The notes beneath the pieces were generated by a model. It made no database searches. It saw only the letters and a list, made by a program, of their open reading frames with translations, and was not told the origin of the DNA. A DNA stretch of 57,104 nucleotides, counting the filler, from Vicugna vicugna (Eukaryota): assembly GCA_013265495.1 (NCBI GenBank). It is 67 parts of 67 records of this genome, joined end to end, with 100 filler letters (N's around TTAATTAATTAA, not from the genome) between each part and the next. Parts side by side here need not be neighbours in the genome. Positions count along the whole stretch, not along the records: positions 47,380 to 48,153 come from MU063872.1; positions 48,254 to 49,050 come from PNXW01031607.1; positions 49,151 to 49,299 come from MU063874.1; positions 49,400 to 49,844 come from MU063875.1; positions 49,945 to 50,337 come from PNXW01031613.1; positions 50,438 to 51,105 come from PNXW01031615.1; positions 51,206 to 52,312 come from MU063876.1; positions 52,413 to 52,898 come from PNXW01031619.1; 59 more parts are not named here. One strand, written 5' to 3'. A program made the position numbers and the translations under genes. Positions 47,380-57,104 of the stretch are shown here, piece by piece; within the stretch, counting starts at the first letter, position 1; each line of letters starts with the position of its first letter.

Positions 47380-48153
47380 ATATTCTTAATTCGGTGATCA
47401 GAATTCCATGTTCTAAAATCTAGGGTCTGCATTCTGTATTCTATATTCTATATTATACATTCTATTTCTGTATTCTATATTCTATATTCTGTGTTTTACA
47501 TTCTATTTTGTGCATTCTATATTCTGTACTCTGTATTCTATTTTCTACATTCTGTGTTCTGCATTCCATGTTCTAAATTCTGGGTTCTGTATTCTGAATT
47601 CTATATCTATATACTGTGTTCTACATTCTGTATTCTACATTGTATATTCTAGATTCTGTATTCTAATTTCTAAATACTTTGTTCTGAATTCCATGTTCTA
47701 AGTTCTGGGTTCTGTATTCTGTATTCTATATTCTATATTCTGTGTTCTAAATTCTTCATACTATATTCTATATTCTGTATTCTATATTCTATATNNNNNN
47801 NNNNNNNNNNNNNNNNNNNNNNNNNNNNNNNNNNNNNNNNNNNNNNNNNNNNNNNNNNNNNNNNNNNNNNNNNNNNNNNNNNNNNNNNNNNNNNNNNNNN
47901 NNNNNNNNNNNNNNNNNNNNNNNNNNNNNNNNNNNNNNNNNNNNNNNNNNNNNNNNNNNNNNNNNNNNNNNNNNNNNNNNNNNNNNATATTCTGTATATT
48001 CTAAATCCCGTGTTCTGCATTCTATATTCTGCATTCTATATTCAGTATTCTGTACTCTATATACTGAAATCTATGTTCTGATTTCCATGTTCTAAATTCG
48101 GGGTTTTTTATTCTCCATACTATATTCTATATTCTGTGTTCTACATTAAATAT
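47380..48153 (-). repeat. SatB heptamer satellite (reverse)
   Basis: 7-bp periodicity. Confidence 0.95.
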
Positions 48154-48253
48154 NNNNNNNNNNNNNNNNNNNNNNNNNNNNNNNNNNNNNNNNNNNNTTA
48201 ATTAATTAANNNNNNNNNNNNNNNNNNNNNNNNNNNNNNNNNNNNNNNNNNNN

Positions 48254-49050
48254 GTTCCCAAAAAGAAACCTGAAAAACGGCTTTCACACAAACACTTACC
48301 TTCTAGAACTGAGATTGTGGACAGACATACGTTCATTTAGCATAAAAGAGATGGTTTGCAGTAGGAACATTTACTCAGGGTTCTAAATCGGTATTCTAGA
48401 GTCAGTTTGTAGTTCATGCAGTTTTCACAGTAAAACGGTATTGGAGATAGAATCTCTACATATATATACATGCAGTGTATATCCCACTGAAAAGAAAATG
48501 TGTTCCCAAGAAGCAGGTGCAGGATGGTTTCACACAAATTATCTTTCTGAGCTACTCATAGAGCTACTCATGAGAAGTACGTTCATCTAGCACAAAGGGA
48601 ACGGGTTGCATAAGAAAGACAGACTCAGAATACTAAGTCTGTTTCAAGTGCCGATCAGAATTTCATGCAGTTTCGACATAAAATATTGATGGAATTAGAA
48701 TTTACATATATATACGAATGTAGTGTACTTTCAAAAAGAAAAGAAACTTTAATGTCTAAACAAGATAAGTGAATAGAAAATATTACATAAAACACATAAA
48801 ATAGAGCATGTGGAGGGACGTTCGTTCATCTAGCACAAAGGGAACTGGTTGCAGGAGAAACACTTACTTTGATTTCTCAGACTGTTTCCTACTGCCAGTT
48901 TGAAGATCCTGTAGTTTCACTCCAAAACCGAGTTGGAGCTTGTACATCACCATATATATGTATGCAGTGGAGGTTGCAACTGAAAAGAAACTTTGTGTAC
49001 CTTTTAAGTTAGGTGAAGGACGGCATTCACACACACTTATCTCTCAGAAC
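48254..49050 (+). repeat. SatD ~249-bp satellite, diverged monomers
   Basis: GTGAAGGA-like anchor at ~48270, 48517, 48769 and 49013 (244-252 bp); ACGTTC(GTTC)ATCTAGCACAAAGGGAAC motif. Confidence 0.88.
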
Positions 49051-49150
49051 NNNNNNNNNNNNNNNNNNNNNNNNNNNNNNNNNNNNNNNNNNNNTTAATT
49101 AATTAANNNNNNNNNNNNNNNNNNNNNNNNNNNNNNNNNNNNNNNNNNNN

Positions 49151-49299
49151 GATTCTTGCTTTGAACATGCTAGAGGCTGTTACATCTGTGTGCGTGCGTG
49201 TGCGTGCGTGGTGTGCACGTGTGAATGTGCATGTGTGTACATGTGTGGTGTGCATGTCTGTGTATGTGTGTGCACGTGTGTGCAGATGCATGCACGTGT
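49151..49299. repeat. Degenerate (TG)/(TGCG) purine-pyrimidine alternating tract
   Basis: Visible directly at 49186-49299. Confidence 0.85.
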
Positions 49300-49399
49300 N
49301 NNNNNNNNNNNNNNNNNNNNNNNNNNNNNNNNNNNNNNNNNNNTTAATTAATTAANNNNNNNNNNNNNNNNNNNNNNNNNNNNNNNNNNNNNNNNNNNN

Positions 49400-49844
49400 T
49401 CATTGGTTTGCACTTGCTTTCCTATGTGTGCTTCTGACCGAGTGTTTTCTGTTCCCCTGTCTTCAAATTCATTCAAGCGTCCCTCTGCAATATCTCGTCT
49501 GCTTAAGACGGAATGCAAGCCCTGATATTTTCTCATCCACTGAGTTTTCTGATATTATTTGGCTCGTCTTTAGGCTTTCTCTTCCCCTTTTCTGGTATTC
49601 TGCCTTTTGTGATTCTGAGACACTGTTGTTCTTCAGTGTTTCCCTCACCTCCATTTNNNNNNNNNNNNNNNNNNNNNNNNNNNNNNNNNNNNNNNNNNNN
49701 NNNNNNNNNNNNNNNNNNNNNNNNNNNNNNNNNNNNNNNNNNNNNNNNNNNNNNNNNNNNNNNNNNNNNNNNNNCTGGTCAGGTAATTTCAGGTATCATA
49801 TGTAGACTTCTAGGGCTTGTTTAAGTGAAAACTTTAGACTCTTG
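49400..49844 (-). repeat. Multi-copy unit with decayed L1 ORF1 (copy 3)
   Basis: Minus-strand peptide SRRDIAEGRLNEFEDRGTENTRSE resembles ORF1p SRLD.AEERISELEDR; VSESQKAEYQKRGRESLKTS is shared with 13812-13875. Confidence 0.8.
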
Positions 49845-49944
49845 NNNNNNNNNNNNNNNNNNNNNNNNNNNNNNNNNNNNNNNNNNNNTTAATTAATTAA
49901 NNNNNNNNNNNNNNNNNNNNNNNNNNNNNNNNNNNNNNNNNNNN

Positions 49945-50002
49945 AGTAAAACTGATTAATCAAATAATAGAAAATCTGCATGTGCACACACGAACACGCG
50001 TG

Positions 50003-50042
<40 letters not shown>

Positions 50043-50337
50043 CATTGTTAGAAATCAGAGGACATCATTATAGATCCTGCAAACATTAAATACATACAAG
50101 AATATGATTAACAATTTTAAGCTAAGGGCTTCTGAATTTTAAACACACACACACACACACACAGAAACATTGTTAGAAATCAGAGGACATCATTATAGAT
50201 CCTGCAAACATTAAATACATACAAGAATATGATTAACAATTTTAAGCTAAGGGCTTCTGAATTTTAGTTGAAAACGACAAATTTGATGAGAATTTCAAAT
50301 CTGACAAGATGAATTAGAAAATGGAGATAGTCTATAA
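49945..50337 (+). mobile_element. Old L1 ORF2 fragment with (CA)n and a 125-bp-period tandem duplication
   Basis: GAGGACATCATTATAGATCCTGCAAACATTAAA L1 motif, duplicated exactly at 50039 and 50164, each copy preceded by (CA)n. Confidence 0.8.
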
Positions 50338-50437
50338 NNNNNNNNNNNNNNNNNNNNNNNNNNNNNNNNNNNNNNNNNNNNTTAATTAATTAANNNNNNN
50401 NNNNNNNNNNNNNNNNNNNNNNNNNNNNNNNNNNNNN

Positions 50438-51105
50438 CATGTAAATTACATATCTGTTAGGTTGAAATCGCTCCAGAAAAATGTTTCTGTGAAAAAAGCA
50501 GGAATTCGAAACTGGTTTTAGCGAAAGCTTGTGAAAATGTTTACACGTGTCTAGATGAAAATATTCCTTTTATAGTGGATGAAAGATTAGTAATCCTCAT
50601 GCTCTCAACTCATGAATGCATGTTTGACATATCCGTCATGTATGTAGCATGTAAGGGACACGGAATATAATGTAGATGGAATCTATTCAAATTACATATC
50701 TCTAGGGTAGAATTCGCTCCAAGAGTGTTTTTTTGGGATCAAACTGTGATTCTTGATACTGGTGATAGACAGAAACTACGAAGTCAAAATAAATATATTA
50801 AAGTGCATAGGTAACTTGTTGGGTGTTTGAAACTTCACTCAGGCACATGTTCACAACTCAGAAATTCAAGTTTGAGGAATCCGTGATGCATGAATCATGT
50901 TCGTAATACGGAATGCCATGGTTGTGAAAACAATGTAAGAAAACAATGTACAGGTTTATTTGTGAGAATTCGCTCAAAGAGTGTTTTTTGGTGCCAAATG
51001 TCCGATTTTATAACCTGGTTATAGAAAAATATATGACGTCAGACTTAATAATTCTTAGTTTATATATGCCCTGTTTGGTGGATGAAAGGTCAGTAATCCA
51101 CATGC
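50438..51105 (+). repeat. SatC ~246-bp satellite; ungapped A-B-C trimer
   Basis: TCGCTC at 50468, 50714 and 50970. Confidence 0.94.
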
Positions 51106-51205
51106 NNNNNNNNNNNNNNNNNNNNNNNNNNNNNNNNNNNNNNNNNNNNTTAATTAATTAANNNNNNNNNNNNNNNNNNNNNNNNNNNNNNNNNNNNNNN
51201 NNNNN

Positions 51206-52312
51206 TGCAGGATATCCCAGTGACAGAGGCTGCCTCCCCAAGTTAAGGGACTATATTTCTCTGACTTCCCCTAACAGGGAACAACTGTGACTGAAGATAG
51301 CTGCGTGGATTTGTCTCTCGAGCTCCCCCACGCACTGACAATGGTTTCGGAATCCTGAGCGAGGGGAGGTTCCACCAACGGTCGGCAGCGCGTGGGTTGT
51401 AACGGAATGCCTCATGTCGTCTCCCCTGAGGATTTTCCTAATATCTCTCTGCCAGGGAATGCTAGGGGTGATTGCTGGATATCCCAGTGACAGAGGCTGC
51501 CTCCCCAAGGTCAGGGCAGTTATTTCTCGGACTTNNNNNNNNNNNNNNNNNNNNNNNNNNNNNNNNNNNNNNNNNNNNNNNNNNNNNNNNNNNNNNNNNN
51601 NNNNNNNNNNNNNNNNNNNNNNNNNNNNNNNNNNNNNNNNNNNNNNNNNNNNNNNNNNNNNNNNNNNNNNNNNNNNNNNNNNNNNNNNNNNNNNNNNNNN
51701 NNNNNNNNNNNNNNNNNNNNNNNNNNNNNNNNNNNNNNNNNNNNNNNNNNNNNNNNNNNNNNNNNNNNNNNNNNNNNNNNNNNNNNNNNNNNNNNNNNNN
51801 NNNNNNNNNNNNNNNNNNNNNNNNNNNNNNNNNNNNNNNNNNNNNNNNNNNNNNNNNNNNNNNNNNNNNNNNNNNNNNNNNNNNNNNNNNNNNNNNNNNN
51901 NNNNNNNNNNNNNNNNNNNNNNNNNNNNNNNNNNNNNNNNNNNNNNNNNNNNNNNNNNNNNNNNNNNNNNNNNNNNNNNNNNNNNNNNNNNNNNNNNNNN
52001 NNNNNNNNNNNNNNNNNNNNNNNNNNNNNNNNNNNNNNNNNNNNNNNNNNNNNNNNNNNNNNNNNNNNNNNNNNNNNNNTCGTCTCCCCTGAGGATTTTC
52101 CTAATATCTCTCTGCCAGGGAATGCTAGGGGTGATTGCTGGATATCCCAGTGACAGAGGCTGCCTCCCCAAGGTCAGGGAAGTTATTTCTCGGACTTTCC
52201 CGAACAAGGAAAACCTGTGAATGAAGAGAGCTACGTGGAGTTGTCTCTCAAGCTCCATCACGCACTTACAATGTTTCCGGAATCCTGAGCGTGGGGAGCT
52301 TCCACCAGCGGT
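51206..52312 (+). repeat. SatA 267-bp satellite (GATTGCTGGATATC variant)
   Basis: Same motifs with private variants shared across the gap. Confidence 0.95.
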
Positions 52313-52412
52313 NNNNNNNNNNNNNNNNNNNNNNNNNNNNNNNNNNNNNNNNNNNNTTAATTAATTAANNNNNNNNNNNNNNNNNNNNNNNNNNNNNNNN
52401 NNNNNNNNNNNN

Positions 52413-52898
52413 TGGGAGACACCCCATTTCCTAAAGATGATCATGTATTTTCTCTGATAGAGTTTAATGCTTCCCTTCATCTTTGGCCTTTAGCAGTATA
52501 AATTTATTTCTAGGTTGTTTTTTAATTCATTATTTGTTGAAAATTCTTGACCATTCATTTTGCAATATTTTTTTCCTCATTCTTTTACTTTCTTTTTCCT
52601 TCTGGGACTTCAATTAAATATATTTCAGACTGATAGGCCTACATCTCTTGGATACTCTGTTCTTTTAAATTTAAATTATTAAAATTTTCCAAGAATTTCC
52701 TCTTTTGTTTTCATTTGAGTAATGTCTGTTGACCTATATTCAAGTCCACCAAGGCTCTAGTTCCTGAATGTGTCAGGCCTACTGATGAGCCTTTCAAAGG
52801 CGTTCTTCATCTCCTTCGCTGGGCATGTGTTTAAACTTATTCCTAGCCTGCTTTTTGACATTTTCTTATTGTTTCCATTTCTCTGCTGAAATGACCCA
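52413..52898 (-). mobile_element. Ancient LINE-1 ORF1-region relic
   Basis: CCTTCTGGGACTTCAATTA and GACCTATATTCAAGTCCAC...CTACTGATGAGCC...TTCTTCATCTC antisense L1M-like motifs. Confidence 0.6.
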
Positions 52899-52998
52899 NN
52901 NNNNNNNNNNNNNNNNNNNNNNNNNNNNNNNNNNNNNNNNNNTTAATTAATTAANNNNNNNNNNNNNNNNNNNNNNNNNNNNNNNNNNNNNNNNNNNN

Positions 52999-53560
52999 AG
53001 GACTGGAGTATGCAACTTAATAGAACTTTTGTGTTCCCCTCAATTTTGGTGAAGGACGGCTTTATCACACACTTATCTCTCAGAACTGAGCATGTGGAGA
53101 GACGTTCGTTCATCCAGCACAAAGGGATCGTGTTGGAGGAGAAACACTTACTCTGGTTTCTCAATCTGTTCCCTAGTGCCGGTTNNNNNNNNNNNNNNNN
53201 NNNNNNNNNNNNNNNNNNNNNNNNNNNNNNNNNNNNNNNNNNNNNNNNNNNNNNNNNNNNNNNNNNNNNNNNNNNNNNNNNNNNNNNNNNNCCTTCAAGC
53301 TAGGTGAAGGACGGCTTTCACACACACTTATCTCTCAGAACTGAGCATGTGGAGAGACGTTCGTTCATCCAGCACAAAGAGAACGGTTTGCAAGAGAAAT
53401 ACTTATTCTGGTTTGTCAGTCTGTTTCCTAGTGCCGCTTTGAAGTTCCTGCGGTTTGCACTCTAAAACCGAGTTGGAGTTTGTTCCTCCCCATATATATT
53501 TAAGGACTGGAGTTGGCAACTGAATAGAAACTTTGTGTTCCCTTCAAGTTACGTGAAGGA
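52999..53560 (+). repeat. SatD ~249-bp satellite, homogeneous monomers
   Basis: GTGAAGGA at 53304 and 53553 (249 bp, ungapped). Confidence 0.92.
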
Positions 53561-53660
53561 NNNNNNNNNNNNNNNNNNNNNNNNNNNNNNNNNNNNNNNN
53601 NNNNTTAATTAATTAANNNNNNNNNNNNNNNNNNNNNNNNNNNNNNNNNNNNNNNNNNNN

Positions 53661-54764
53661 TACCTATGCACTTTGAAATATTTATTTAGACTTCGTTGCT
53701 TCTTCTTTGACCAGTTTCAAGAATCACAATTTGATCCCAGAAAAACCCTCTTGGAGCGAATTCTACCCTAGAGTTATTTAATTTGAATAGATTCCATCTA
53801 AATGATATTCAGTGTTCCGTACATGCTACATGCATGACGGATTCGACAAACATGCATTCCTGAGTTGAGAGCATGTGGATTACTGATNNNNNNNNNNNNN
53901 NNNNNNNNNNNNNNNNNNNNNNNNNNNNNNNNNNNNNNNNNNNNNNNNNNNNNNNNNNNNNNNNNNNNNNNNNNNNNNNNNNNNNNNNNNNNNNNNNNNN
54001 NNNNNNNNNNNNNNNNNNNNNNNNNNNNNNNNNNNNNNNNNNNNNNNNNNNNNNNNNNNNNNNNNNNNNNNNNNNNNNNNNNNNNNNNNNNNNNNNNNNN
54101 NNNNNNNNNNNNNNNNNNNNNNNNNNNNNNNNNNNNNNNNNNNNNNNNNNNNNNNNNNNNNNNNNNNNNNACTTAGAAATATTTTCTCTGACTTCATAGG
54201 TTTTTTGTGTCACCAGGTACTAAAATCGGACATTTGGCACTAGAAAAGCCTCTTTCAGCGAATCCTCACCAATACACATGTAATTCACATTGTTTCATAA
54301 CCATGGCATTCCATATTCCGAAACTGTTACATGCAATACCGATTCCTCAAACATGCATTTCTGATTTGTGAATATGCTCATGACTGATGTTTCAATCATT
54401 ACAAGTTACATACACCCTTAAATATATATACTTTGTCTTCGTAGCTTCTTCCTATCACCAGGTTCAAGAATCACACTTTGATCCCTGAAAAAACCTCTTG
54501 GAGCGAATTCTACCCTAGAGATATGTAATTTGAATAGATTCTATCTACCTGATATTCCGCGTTACGTACATGATACATGCATGAATGATCCGAAAAACAT
54601 GCATTCCTGAGTTGAGAGCATGTGGATTACTGATGTTTCATCCTGTATAAAAGGAAAATTTTCTTCTAAGCACGTGTACAGATTTTCACATGCTTTCCCT
54701 AACACCAGCTTAGAATTCCTGCATTTTTCACAGAAAAATACTTCTGGAGCGATTTCCAACTAAC
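53661..54764 (-). repeat. SatC ~246-bp satellite (reverse)
   Basis: (G/C)AGCGA anchor at 54256, 54501 and 54747 (245, 246 bp). Confidence 0.94.
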
Positions 54765-54864
54765 NNNNNNNNNNNNNNNNNNNNNNNNNNNNNNNNNNNN
54801 NNNNNNNNTTAATTAATTAANNNNNNNNNNNNNNNNNNNNNNNNNNNNNNNNNNNNNNNNNNNN

Positions 54865-55392
54865 AGAATAGCAGAGCAGTTGGGAGAAGCTAGTTGAGGC
54901 AACACAGAGGAGGCTGTAACCTGGCTTAAGATGGATTTGAACAATGACTAAAAGTAGCATAGTGAGAAAGGGGGGTGTGTGGGGCAAAAAAGCAAGGGCT
55001 AAATCCCACCTTTAATTGTCTAAACTGAGGAAAAGGCGGAGGAGGACTATACTTAGGTAGCCTTTAAAAAACAGATCTGTGTGTGTCTGTGTGTGTGCAT
55101 ATGTGCACACAAATTTTCTGCCTGGGCTTTTAAAATTTATTTAAGTAAAAAAAAAAAACAAAAATTAAGGGGGGAAAACATTCCACTGAGAGGAAAATAT
55201 TTGTCCACGGCAAAAGCAACCTGGTAATCAAATAAACAGGAGCTGAAAATGCCCGCTGGTTTGAAACACGCAGCCACCAGCAGTGCAACTACTGTCTCAG
55301 CGCCGCGGTGAGGGCCGTGGGGGTTGCAGGGCTCTAAGCCCTGGAGAAGTCATCAGCGCAGGCACTTCTCCAAGAAACTGGACTTTAAAGGG
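54865..55392 (-). repeat. Low-copy or macro-repeat unit, paralog of 45154-45877
   Basis: Reverse-complement match, e.g. CCTGGTAATCAAATAAACAGGAGCTGAAAATGCC. Confidence 0.85.
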
Positions 55393-55492
55393 NNNNNNNN
55401 NNNNNNNNNNNNNNNNNNNNNNNNNNNNNNNNNNNNTTAATTAATTAANNNNNNNNNNNNNNNNNNNNNNNNNNNNNNNNNNNNNNNNNNNN

Positions 55493-55970
55493 GGAAATCG
55501 CTCCAGAAATATTTTTTTGTGAAAAATGCACGAATTAAAACCTGGTTTTAGGGAAAGCTCGTGAAAATGTGTACACATGTCAAGATGAAATTATTACTTG
55601 TATAGAGGAGGAAAGATTAGTAATCCAGATGACCTAAACTCAGGAATATATATTTGTCAAATCAGTCATGTATGTAGCATGTACAGAACATGGAATATCA
55701 TGTAGATGGAATCTATTCCAATTACATATCTCTAGGGAGGAATTCGCTCCAAGAGGGTTCTTGTGGGATCAAAGTGTGACTCTTGAAACTGGTGATAGGA
55801 AGAAGTTACAAAGTCAAAGTAAATATTTCAGAGTGCATAGGTAACTTGTTTGGTGGTTGATATATCAGTCATGCGCATGTTCACAACTCAGAAATGCATG
55901 TTTGTGGAATCCGTGAAAAAATATTCTCGTAATACGGAATTCCATGGTTATGTAAACAATGTAAATAACA
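55493..55970 (+). repeat. SatC ~246-bp satellite
   Basis: TCGCTC at 55498 and 55744 (246 bp). Confidence 0.94.
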
Positions 55971-56070
55971 NNNNNNNNNNNNNNNNNNNNNNNNNNNNNN
56001 NNNNNNNNNNNNNNTTAATTAATTAANNNNNNNNNNNNNNNNNNNNNNNNNNNNNNNNNNNNNNNNNNNN

Positions 56071-56810
56071 CAAATGTCCGATTTAAGAAACTGGTGATAG
56101 GAAAAACCAATGAAGACAGAGTAAATATTTCTAAGTCTATATATGTCTGTTCGGAGGCTGAAAGGCCAGTAATCCACATGCTCACAAGTCAGAAACGCAT
56201 GATTGCCAAATCCGTCATACATGTAGCATGTACGGGACCCGGAATGCCATGTTGTTGGAATTCATGTAAATTACATATCTGTTAGGTGGAAATCGCTCCA
56301 GAAAAATTTTNNNNNNNNNNNNNNNNNNNNNNNNNNNNNNNNNNNNNNNNNNNNNNNNNNNNNNNNNNNNNNNNNNNNNNNNNNNNNNNNNNNNNNNNNN
56401 NNNNNNNNNNNNNNNNNNNNNNNNNNNNNNNNNNNNNNNNNNNNNNNNNNNNNNNNNNNNNNNNNNNNNNNNNNNNNNNNNNNNNNNNNNNNNNNNNNNN
56501 NNNNNNNNNNNNNNNNNNNNNNNNNNNNNNNNNNNNNNNNNNNNNNNNNNNNNNATTTTTCTGGGATCAAAGTGTGATTCTTGACACTGGTGATAGGAAG
56601 AAGCTACGAAGTCAAAGTAAATATTTCAGAGTGCATAGGTAACTTGTTTGGTGGTTGAAATATCAGTCATGCGCATGTTCACAACTCAGAAACGCATGTT
56701 TGAGGAATGCATGATGCATGAATCATGTTCGTAGTACAGAATGCCATGGTTATGTAAACAATGCTAATTACATGGGTATTGGTGAGATTTCGCTCAAAGA
56801 GTGTTTTCTG
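56071..56810 (+). repeat. SatC ~246-bp satellite (gapped)
   Basis: C-A-(B)-C subunit order. Confidence 0.93.
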
Positions 56811-56914
56811 NNNNNNNNNNNNNNNNNNNNNNNNNNNNNNNNNNNNNNNNNNNNTTAATTAATTAANNNNNNNNNNNNNNNNNNNNNNNNNNNNNNNNNN
56901 NNNNNNNNNNAATG

Positions 56915-57006
56915 ACCATAACTGTACTGATCTTGGGGTTACCAATACATTTAGTTAAGTAGGTAGATTTGAAAATATGAAATCCAAGAATAAGGAGGAC
57001 TGATGT
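56915..57006 (+). mobile_element. Tigger/MER2-group DNA transposon terminal relic (MER46C-like)
   Basis: TTGGGGTTACCAATACATTTAG..AGTAGGTAGATTTGAAAATATGAAATCCAAGAATAAGGAGGACTGA followed by TGTA resembles a Tigger-type terminus with TA target site (from recall). Confidence 0.5.
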
Positions 57007-57104
57007 ACTAAGCCATGGTATCATAACTATGCTATCATGGTCCAATGAGTACTGGATAAAACATGGTGTGCAGGAGTCCAGGTGCGGATGGCAAAATCAG
57101 CCAA

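Noticed and set aside
53100..53125. CENP-B-box-like GTTCGTTCATCCAGCAC in SatD
   Set aside because: Only TTCGTT matches; the conserved A and CGGG are absent.

Overview
This window is not contiguous genomic DNA. It is about 67 short (0.15-1.8 kb), often gapped, unplaced mammalian scaffolds joined by an artificial 100-bp spacer, N44-TTAATTAATTAA-N44 (66 copies counted by hand). The L1 3' UTR sequence suggests a camelid (alpaca/llama/camel), which is an inference from recall. About 37 of the 67 pieces are satellite DNA, which I sort into five families with my own labels. SatA is a GC/CpG-rich 267-bp monomer. SatE is a diverged, CpG-poorer ~264-bp relative of SatA with recurring monomer types. SatB is an AGAATAT/AGAACAC heptamer-based satellite with 126-bp and 293-bp higher-order units. 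SatC is an AT-rich ~246-bp monomer arranged as a ~740-bp A-B-C trimer. SatD is a ~249-bp monomer sharing a colinear block with SatC. The rest is L1 fragments (one with a twin-priming-type inversion), MIR/L2/Tigger relics, a CpG-rich ERV1-like leader, a CpG-island fragment and unique DNA. No protein-coding gene, RNA gene or CRISPR array can be supported; the ORF track is almost entirely gap- and satellite-derived. The most interesting signals are the relationships among the satellite families and a decayed L1-ORF1-containing unit present in several diverged copies, a candidate L1-derived macrosatellite. I found no evidence of a novel gene system.
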